DNA from: a virus
Lineage: Duplodnaviria > Caudoviricetes
Reading direction: 5' to 3' (one strand)
Virus record (IMG/VR): IMGVR_UViG_3300025819_000130
Location: 1-26,847 of that record
DNA: 26,847 nucleotides
The notes under the pieces are model-generated. The model ran no database searches. It had not been told where the DNA came from and saw only the letters and a program-made list of their open reading frames with translations. Numbering within the stretch: the first letter of the stretch is position 1; every line of letters starts with the position of its first letter. This document shows, piece after piece, positions 6,445 to 13,929 of this stretch. The translations under genes and the position numbers were made by a program.

Positions 6445-9342
6445 ATGGCAATCTACTTATCGCCGGGCGTATATATTAGAGAGATTGATTTAAGTCTTGT
6501 TGCGACTGGGCGTGGTCCAACATTGCCGGCTTTCATTGGTGTGGCTAAAAAGGGGCCGGTAAACAAACCAGTATATATAACTAATGCCCAACAATTTATT
6601 GACATTTTTGGCCCGCCATTCCCAGAGAGCTATTTGGGGTACGCAGTGCTTGCCTATTTTGAAGAGGGGCAACAATGTTATGTTGAACGTGTTGGTGTTA
6701 CATGGGAAGAGGGAATGGAGCCTGACCTGGAAGCCATTTCTATTGACATGACTGGTGCGCGCAGGTTTGGGTGGGGTAGGTTGCCATTGTTTTCTGGCAT
6801 TGATCATGGCAAGATACGTCTTCGAACGCCAACTGCAGAAGAGCCATTCTCTTTTCACAATGAGGGACTTGATGGGGCTCCAGAGTTTAGTGATATTGAC
6901 CCAACTCTCTTTGTTACAGAAGCCACTCTTGATTTTTATGGTCCCGGTTTGAGCGACAAGTATAATGGGCCCATTAAAGATAGCTTTATGATGGTAATTA
7001 CAAAAGGACCAAGTGTGACCTCCGGGTCTAAATTGGATGGTGCGGAGTATATAATTTATAGAAACAGTGATGGGGCACAAATTTCTGCTGGTGTAATATC
7101 TGAGAGCTCTACACCGGGGGTTTCTGAACCGATTGAAGTTGGTTCTGGGGATGATGCGACTGGTCTTGCTTTTTCTGTTGTTGTAACTGCTGGCAGGCTG
7201 GAAGAACAAGATTCATTTCGATTTTCAGTTTTGCCGAACAATAGAGAGTTTAAATTTTGGGTTGATAGGGCTGAAGAGACAACCTCTTCTGGGGTGGTGC
7301 CAGCCATACACACTTATCGATTTAATCATGGGGAAACTTTTACCGATGCTAATAGTTTTATACAACGATTTAATTCGCTAATTAGTGGTAGTGAAGATTA
7401 TAATGCTGTTAATATTGACGGCAACATATATATTATTACCAAAGATGCTGGTCGCTCTATTCAGCTGATGGGTTCTGAAGGATGGGCGTTTGAGGTTGGT
7501 CAGACACAGTATGCGTGGGATATTCCGCGCAGCTATTTAATCGGTCACGACACTGGTCCGTATAACATTACGACATCTAATAATAAAGTGGCTATTGAAG
7601 TTACGTCTGATGCTGGCCGCAAGGTAATTAGGTTTAATATTCCGCAGGGATATAATCAGTCGCCGGCGACTATTGCGGCGGCCATTCATGGAAATGGAGT
7701 GCAGCAAGGCGTGAGATACTGGCGTGCATATCCATTGCAGATCAATGACGTCGAGTATAAGGTGGTCATAGAAACGACCTTGAACAATCAGACTGATTTG
7801 TTGACGATGCTTGCCAATTTCTCTAATGTTAAGACTTTGAGGTTTGCTGAGACGCTTGACATTTATTATCCATATAGTCGTCCATATCGTAATTATTCTG
7901 ATTCAAGGAATGTGTTGCCGCGTGGTAGTTCTGTGTCTCCTGCTATTCCTGCATCGTGTGATCCTGGAAGTACTTATTATAATGTGGCGCAATGTTCGAT
8001 TGATCAGGCATATTATTCTCACATCATTGGCTGGCTTGTTGCTACCAGTCCGGGAACGTGGATTGATGATTATTTAATCTCTATTAGTGGATATCAGGGG
8101 CCCAGTGGAATTGTTCCTGGCAGGTTTACTATTTTGATCTATGATTCTAATAAGCAACCGGTTGATAGAATCGACAATATTTCATTCGATCAACGCGATG
8201 ATAGGTATATTGCCAATGTCATTAATCCAAACTCTAAATATGGTGGTGTAAATGGCAATGCTTATATTAACTGGGAGCCGAGACCGCCTTACCTTAATAA
8301 TGATCCGGTTGGTGACCCTGATAATTATGTTGTGCGTAATCCGTCGGCAGTATACTATGCCAAGTTAAGGGGTGGGGCAAATGGCATACCAACTGATCCA
8401 TTGTTTAGCTCTGAGCTTGATAGGGCTGTGATTGGCAATCCTGCCTTTGGGTCTGGGATATTTGCGTTTGAGAACCCAGAGATTTATGACATAAATCTTT
8501 TGGCCACCCCCGGATTTTCTTCTGGTGCTGTGATAGGTCAAAGCATACAGATGTGCCAGTCTCGTGGTGATGTTCTTTATATTGTTGATCCTCCCTACGG
8601 TTTGCGTCCGCAACAAGTTGTTGATTGGCACAATGGAATGTTGTTGTCTGATCTGTCTCAGGCCATTAACAGTTCTTATGGGGCGTTATACTGGTCGTGG
8701 TTGAAGATATTTGATCAATTTAATGGTGGTAATATCTGGGTGCCGCCAAGTGGTCATCAGCTTTCTATTTTTGCTCGCACAGAGAGTGTTTCTGAGCCGT
8801 GGTTTGCCCCGGCTGGCCTTAATAGGGGAAGGTTGTATACTCCGCTTGATGTTGAATACAATCCAACCCTTGGCGAGCGTAATTTGTTATATGGCAGCGG
8901 CAATGCCGTGAACCCGATAGTTAACTTTGTTAAAGACGGATTGACTGTTTGGGGACAAAGAACGCTGCAGCGCATGCCGTCAGCGCTTGATCGTGTTAAT
9001 GTGAGAATGTTGTTGATATTTATTAAGAAGAACCTTGGTAATGCGTTGCGATATTTTGTGTTTGAGCAGAATGATAAATATACTTGGTCTAGGGTGCGTG
9101 GAGTGTGTGAAGGTTTTTTGGCTGACATCAAAGCGAGGCGTGGTCTTGATGACTTTAGGGTGGTGTGTGATGAGACGAATAACACTCCGGAGCGCAGGGA
9201 TCGCAACGAATTGTGGATTAGTTGTTTCTTGAAACCGACGAGAGTTGTCGAATACATTGTTTTGAACCTTGTTATTATGAGATCTGATATGAGCTTTTCT
9301 GCTGAGGAGGTGTTGCAGGCTGGTGGAGTGGTTACTGCTTAG
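6445..9342 (+). CDS. Contractile tail sheath protein (T4 gp18-like), 965 aa
   Basis: YLSPGVYIREIDLS, KGPVNKP, WVPPSG, PWFAPAGLNRG, WGQRTLQ, SALDRVNVRMLL, FRVVCDETNNTP; AGGAG RBS. Confidence 0.97.
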   Translation: MAIYLSPGVYIREIDLSLVATGRGPTLPAFIGVAKKGPVNKPVYITNAQQFIDIFGPPFPESYLGYAVLAYFEEGQQCYVERVGVTWEEGMEPDLEAISIDMTGARRFGWGRLPLFSGIDHGKIRLRTPTAEEPFSFHNEGLDGAPEFSDIDPTLFVTEATLDFYGPGLSDKYNGPIKDSFMMVITKGPSVTSGSKLDGAEYIIYRNSDGAQISAGVISESSTPGVSEPIEVGSGDDATGLAFSVVVTAGRLEEQDSFRFSVLPNNREFKFWVDRAEETTSSGVVPAIHTYRFNHGETFTDANSFIQRFNSLISGSEDYNAVNIDGNIYIITKDAGRSIQLMGSEGWAFEVGQTQYAWDIPRSYLIGHDTGPYNITTSNNKVAIEVTSDAGRKVIRFNIPQGYNQSPATIAAAIHGNGVQQGVRYWRAYPLQINDVEYKVVIETTLNNQTDLLTMLANFSNVKTLRFAETLDIYYPYSRPYRNYSDSRNVLPRGSSVSPAIPASCDPGSTYYNVAQCSIDQAYYSHIIGWLVATSPGTWIDDYLISISGYQGPSGIVPGRFTILIYDSNKQPVDRIDNISFDQRDDRYIANVINPNSKYGGVNGNAYINWEPRPPYLNNDPVGDPDNYVVRNPSAVYYAKLRGGANGIPTDPLFSSELDRAVIGNPAFGSGIFAFENPEIYDINLLATPGFSSGAVIGQSIQMCQSRGDVLYIVDPPYGLRPQQVVDWHNGMLLSDLSQAINSSYGALYWSWLKIFDQFNGGNIWVPPSGHQLSIFARTESVSEPWFAPAGLNRGRLYTPLDVEYNPTLGERNLLYGSGNAVNPIVNFVKDGLTVWGQRTLQRMPSALDRVNVRMLLIFIKKNLGNALRYFVFEQNDKYTWSRVRGVCEGFLADIKARRGLDDFRVVCDETNNTPERRDRNELWISCFLKPTRVVEYIVLNLVIMRSDMSFSAEEVLQAGGVVTA

Positions 9343-9368
9343 TTTAAATTGGCTGTGGAGGACATGTT

Positions 9369-9926
9369 ATGCCAGGCTTTATTATAAATGGTACTGGTGG
9401 GGCAACTGATAGGGGCCCCGAGAGTAGAGCGGCGGAGCCTAAGAGAAAGTATAGATGGTTGTTTGCCATAAATGGCACTGACTCTTCGAGCTCTAAATCA
9501 TTTTTGTACTTGAGGTCGTGCAAACGTCCTTCTTATACTTTGTCACCAATTGAGGAACATCATAACCAAGAAGTTATTTGGCACATGGGAAAGACATCGT
9601 GGGATGATGTTGATATCAGCTGGTATGATATGGAAAATCCTGTTGATGTGTGTGGATCAATTTATAACTGGATGCAGGCAGCTGTTTATAATATCAATCT
9701 TGCATCGGCTCAACATCCGTTAGTATATAAGAAGGATTCTACCATAACATTGACCGATCACAATGGTGCCCCCACCGAGAGTTGGAGGTTGTATAATTCG
9801 TGGCCATACAAGATTGATATGGATACTTTAGACTATTCATCCAATGAAATTCTAATGTTGACTGCAACGCTTAAATATGATCGTGCAGCCAAGGTGACAC
9901 CAGAAGTGCCGCCGTTTGGTGGTTGA
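9369..9926 (+). CDS. Tail tube protein (T4 gp19-like)
   Basis: EPKRKYRWLF, RPSY, GKTSWDDVDISWYD, YKKD, ESWRLYNSWP, LDYSSNE...LKYD; directly after the sheath; GGAGG RBS. Confidence 0.9.
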   Translation: MPGFIINGTGGATDRGPESRAAEPKRKYRWLFAINGTDSSSSKSFLYLRSCKRPSYTLSPIEEHHNQEVIWHMGKTSWDDVDISWYDMENPVDVCGSIYNWMQAAVYNINLASAQHPLVYKKDSTITLTDHNGAPTESWRLYNSWPYKIDMDTLDYSSNEILMLTATLKYDRAAKVTPEVPPFGG

Positions 9927-9935
9927 TGATTACAC

Positions 9936-10982
9936 ATGCCAGGTTTTAACATAAGCACTTACGGTCAGGAAAGCACTGAGGCTGGCCGTTATAGATTTGC
10001 GCCACGTGCTAATCTTGATCCAATACGCTCGTATCGTTGGGCTCTTGAGAAGATATGTGCTGATCTGGCGTCTCCCAATTATAACAGAATATATGATGGT
10101 TCTTCTTCTGGCAATGTTGCTGAGTTGTTGAGGCACACCGTTGAAGTGACCTTTCCGACAAAAAACATTGATGTGATAGAGGTAAGGGGACTACATACGA
10201 CATATAAGTTTGCCAAGGCCGCAAGATTTGATGATGTAACAATAACTTTTTATGATTATTGGAACAATAATCTTTCGACACACGCCATCATTGAAGAATG
10301 GATGAATGATGTTTGGTCTCCAACCAAAGGATTGATGAATGGTGAGGTTATTGCTTATAAAGCAACTGTGCATCTGGTGGAATTTAATAACTATGGTGAC
10401 ATAATTGGAAGGATGAGGCTATACGGCGCGTGGCCTAAGAGTATATCACATTCAAACTTGTCAATGAGTTCTAATGAAATAAAGACGGTTTCTGTTACGT
10501 TATCCATTGATTACTATATTTATGAAGTGGTCGGGGTTGAGCCTGCAAGTGTGGGCAATCAATTTGAGAGTGGCAAGGTTAAATTAGCAAGTTCTGACAC
10601 ACAGTTGCCAGGCGGTAATGAGGCTGAAACTAGTGGGTCTGGGCCCGGAGGGGTTGGGCCAGGTGGGGCAGGAAGTTCTGGCGAGGCTAAGTATGGCGGG
10701 GCTAAGCATGGAGAATATCGTAGTGTAATGCCAGAAACAGCAAGAAAATTTAGCATCAATAGTATGACTGGATCTGTTGTTAGGGGTGTAATTGGCGCCA
10801 AATTTGCTTTTGGAATAACAATGCCATTTGGTTCATTGTTATCGCAGGTTAAATCTGCTGTTGGTTACGTTAGTAGTAGAGTTGCCAGTGTTAGTGCGTT
10901 TATGTCTGGTAAAATAGCAATTAGGAAGGTGATACAGACACCCTTTGGTGTTGGACAAGTTGCTATTAAACTTCGCAGATAA
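9936..10982 (+). CDS. Second tail-tube-fold protein (possible tube initiator / baseplate junction) with a long C-terminal extension
   Basis: FDDVTITFYD, YKATVHL, LYGAWPKSI, VSVTLSIDYY parallel the first tube gene; a Gly/Pro-rich linker and basic tail follow. Confidence 0.8.
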   Translation: MPGFNISTYGQESTEAGRYRFAPRANLDPIRSYRWALEKICADLASPNYNRIYDGSSSGNVAELLRHTVEVTFPTKNIDVIEVRGLHTTYKFAKAARFDDVTITFYDYWNNNLSTHAIIEEWMNDVWSPTKGLMNGEVIAYKATVHLVEFNNYGDIIGRMRLYGAWPKSISHSNLSMSSNEIKTVSVTLSIDYYIYEVVGVEPASVGNQFESGKVKLASSDTQLPGGNEAETSGSGPGGVGPGGAGSSGEAKYGGAKHGEYRSVMPETARKFSINSMTGSVVRGVIGAKFAFGITMPFGSLLSQVKSAVGYVSSRVASVSAFMSGKIAIRKVIQTPFGVGQVAIKLRR

Positions 10983-11045
10983 CGCATCCATGTATTTAAT
11001 GTAATAGTTGTGATGTTGTCTTTGGCTGGTGGTTGGAGAGTAAAT

Positions 11046-12110
11046 ATGAATGATATAAACAATTCTGGTGTGCCCAAAAAGCAAGATGGTGGCACAAACG
11101 ATGGTCGCCAAGATGGGGTGGTTTTGAAGAAAGAGACGAAGTGTGATGGCGCGGTGAATGATGCCTCAGAAGATCACAAGATCAAAGTTGATCTGTCTGG
11201 CGCGGTTGCTGGTCTTGATGGTGATGGGATACTTGATGTAATTTTGTCAAGGAGAGATGAGATACTCCCGTGGGACACTGTGGTGCTGCCGAGCAAGGGA
11301 TATTACTATGGTGGTAAGATACCGGATGGTGTTGTTAAAATTAGGCCAATGAACATTTTTACTGAGAAAATCATGAGCACCCAAAGATGGGTTCGCACTG
11401 GTGAGGCGATCAATAAGGTCTTTGAACATTGTGTTCAATTCCCCGATCCAAGCTTTGATGTTCTTGATTTGCTTAGTGGAGATGCCACTTTCTTGCTTTA
11501 TTATCTACGTGGCATTACATATGGTAACATGTATGAATTTATAATGAAGTGTGATGATGAAGAGTGTGGTCATTCGGCTGAATATTCTTATGATCTGAAC
11601 CAATTGCAGCACACCATTAAGGGGCCAAATGAAGAATTTCCAGAAGAGCCATTTCCGTGCACATTACCATATATGTCTGAGGTTATTGGCAAGCCGTTTA
11701 TTGTGCATATTCGTTTGATAAGGCGAAGAGATTTGATGAACATAACTGTTGCCAGGAAACGCAAGAAACTTTTGGCACCATCGTCTTCTGCCTCTTCTTT
11801 GGAAGAGAAACTGCGTACATTTACTAAAATTAACTCTGTGACTACGGTGAATGATTTCATAGAAGAGAATTTGAATAATATTGTTGTTAGTGTTATGGGT
11901 AGCAAGGACCGCAACAAAATTAGACAATTTATTAACATGATACATTCTTCAGACTCTGCTGCTATACGTGAAGCGCTTGATAGCTTTAGTCCAGGCATTG
12001 ACACTACGATAGAGGTTACATGCCCAATGTGTGGTAACAGGATGAAGACCATGTTGCCGATAACAGAATCGTTTTTTCGCAGAACGCCAGCCAGAGATGG
12101 TGGAAAATGA
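11046..12110 (+). CDS. T4 gp26-like baseplate hub / tail assembly protein
   Basis: LPSKGYYY, IRPM, DLLSGDATFLLYYLRGITYG, C-x4-C, PGID...CPMCG...LPITESFFR. Start placed at ATG 11046 after GGAGAG. Confidence 0.8.
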   Translation: MNDINNSGVPKKQDGGTNDGRQDGVVLKKETKCDGAVNDASEDHKIKVDLSGAVAGLDGDGILDVILSRRDEILPWDTVVLPSKGYYYGGKIPDGVVKIRPMNIFTEKIMSTQRWVRTGEAINKVFEHCVQFPDPSFDVLDLLSGDATFLLYYLRGITYGNMYEFIMKCDDEECGHSAEYSYDLNQLQHTIKGPNEEFPEEPFPCTLPYMSEVIGKPFIVHIRLIRRRDLMNITVARKRKKLLAPSSSASSLEEKLRTFTKINSVTTVNDFIEENLNNIVVSVMGSKDRNKIRQFINMIHSSDSAAIREALDSFSPGIDTTIEVTCPMCGNRMKTMLPITESFFRRTPARDGGK

Positions 12111-12306
12111 ATGGAACGCCTTACAAGAACAGATCATGGAGTTGAAATATTTTGGCCATTTTAACTATGAAGAAATGGCGTGTATGACTGCTGAAGAGCG
12201 ACATTGGTTTATTAGATGGATGGTAAATCAAAAACGCAAAGAAGCTGAAGCAATGAAGCCGCCATCATACAACACCCCGGAAATTCAAGGCCCGCCAGTG
12301 GTGTAA
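12097..12306 (+). CDS. Small gp51-like baseplate hub assembly protein
   Basis: LKYFGHFNYEEMACMTAEERHWFI resembles the small partner of gp26-like genes; overlaps the upstream gene by 14 nt. Confidence 0.65.
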   Translation: MVENEWNALQEQIMELKYFGHFNYEEMACMTAEERHWFIRWMVNQKRKEAEAMKPPSYNTPEIQGPPVV

Positions 12307-12339
12307 TATTTGTACAATTAATTAAGACCATTCAATTGG

Positions 12340-12349
12340 TCAAATTTAT
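12340..12349 (+). promoter_or_regulatory. Candidate phage late promoter TCAAATTTAT
   Basis: Intergenic, 33 nt before ATG 12373. Confidence 0.55.
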
Positions 12350-12372
12350 AGTATGGATGGTGGAGCCATTTT

Positions 12373-13413
12373 ATGCCTGTGTTGTTGAAATTTTCGTTGC
12401 CACCCCCCACATGCCCATCATGTGGGAGCTTTTGTTCTGTTAAGATATATGAATCTGATTCAGAGTTTGGCACGTATATTCATGTGTCAACAATTGACAT
12501 CATGCCGAATTCTGATAATGTTGTGTACCAGGGTGGTTCTCCAAACAAGTGGTATAGAATTGGCTTTGTGACTTGTGGCGATTCTAGTCACCAACCAACC
12601 GAGGTTGGCATAAGCGCGCCGATGCGAGGGAGTAGCATTGGTTGTGGTGGTGACTATTTTAATCGGGCATCTGGTCGATTGTGTAAAGTAATACGGCTTA
12701 ATGTTGAGTTTTATAATGGTGGTAAATTGTCTGATCCATATGCCATACGAGAAATAAGAATATATAGAAAAGCGGTTGATGATGCCAATTTGTCATTGGT
12801 GATCCCAATACCTAGCTTTGGCAGTGATGATTATCCATCTCCAGTTGTTCGTGAAAAGCCTGGTGTCTACTCTTTATACTTAGAAATACCTGGTGATTTT
12901 GTGGCGCCAAGTGTGTATGTTGATGTGTGGTCATTTATTTCTGATCTTGCTTGTTTACCGTATCCTGATGACATAGACAACCCGGCGAATTTACAGCAGC
13001 AGTGTGGAAGGTTTTGGGTATACCCTAATGACTGGCATTTGTCTGATAAGTTGGTGGTTCCCAGGCTTTCATTTGAACCATTAGATGTTAAATTTAAAGC
13101 TGGAGAAATTAGATGGTTGGAAGTTGGTGTAATGCCTTTGCCTCTATATGATTATGATCATAATTTGGTAATGCCAATCATACCACAATTGTGTCCATCA
13201 ATAATAATAACAACCCGCAATAATGAGAGGGTGGCGGAAGGCAACATGGAAGTTGGTTTGCGGCAAGGGGCGTATCGGTCTAATCCGTATGTGTTTAAAT
13301 ATTTGTTGGATACTACGAAGATGTTAATGGGAACATATGACTATCGCATCAGAGTATTGTTGCCAGACGGCCAGATGTTGGTTAGTGATAAATTCTCTTT
13401 TACCATAGGGTGA
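12373..13413 (+). CDS. Hypothetical beta-rich protein, probably structural; N-terminal CPSC
   Basis: 346-aa ORF with GGTGGAG RBS; alternating beta-strand patterns suggest tandem Ig/Fn3-like domains (inference). Confidence 0.6.
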   Translation: MPVLLKFSLPPPTCPSCGSFCSVKIYESDSEFGTYIHVSTIDIMPNSDNVVYQGGSPNKWYRIGFVTCGDSSHQPTEVGISAPMRGSSIGCGGDYFNRASGRLCKVIRLNVEFYNGGKLSDPYAIREIRIYRKAVDDANLSLVIPIPSFGSDDYPSPVVREKPGVYSLYLEIPGDFVAPSVYVDVWSFISDLACLPYPDDIDNPANLQQQCGRFWVYPNDWHLSDKLVVPRLSFEPLDVKFKAGEIRWLEVGVMPLPLYDYDHNLVMPIIPQLCPSIIITTRNNERVAEGNMEVGLRQGAYRSNPYVFKYLLDTTKMLMGTYDYRIRVLLPDGQMLVSDKFSFTIG

Positions 13414-13431
13414 TATTGGAGGTCTAAGCAG

Positions 13432-13851
13432 ATGATAGTTGGAATATTAGATAATTCGCTCATTGATAAGGCAGTCTCTGTCATTGCTGGGTGTGCTGGG
13501 ATTAATTCAGTAAATGTGCGCCCCGATGGTACCGTAGATATAAATGCTGATGACATAAATGTTGTTGCGTCTTGTATGTTTGACAATCACGGATTGGTGT
13601 TAATTGACAATGGCGGATCTTATATATTGGCATCGGTAATTGGCGGGGCTGAAGGAAACAACTCATTGAAATGTGAAGACAACCAAAAAGCGCAGGGAGT
13701 TGGGGTTGCTGTTGATGTTGATGATGACATAAAGAAAGACCTGGATAATATCATAAACAAGGTTGGGAAAAAAAGAAAAATGAATTTTAAAGATAAGGAT
13801 GAGTTGATTAAAAAGATGACAAACCTAATCAGTGGAGGTGAACAACAATAA
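13432..13851 (+). CDS. Hypothetical protein (139 aa)
   Basis: GGAGGT RBS; fills the gap between neighbours. Confidence 0.6.
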   Translation: MIVGILDNSLIDKAVSVIAGCAGINSVNVRPDGTVDINADDINVVASCMFDNHGLVLIDNGGSYILASVIGGAEGNNSLKCEDNQKAQGVGVAVDVDDDIKKDLDNIINKVGKKRKMNFKDKDELIKKMTNLISGGEQQ

Positions 13852-13887
13852 TGCTGTTTATGACAGTGCTTGTTTTGTCATGTTCAA

Positions 13888-13897
13888 TCAAACATAT
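13888..13897 (+). promoter_or_regulatory. Candidate phage late promoter TCAAACATAT
   Basis: 42 nt before the RBS-supported ATG 13930. Confidence 0.55.
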
Positions 13898-13929
13898 TAA
13901 AGACAGTCGATGATGTTGAGGAGATACAA

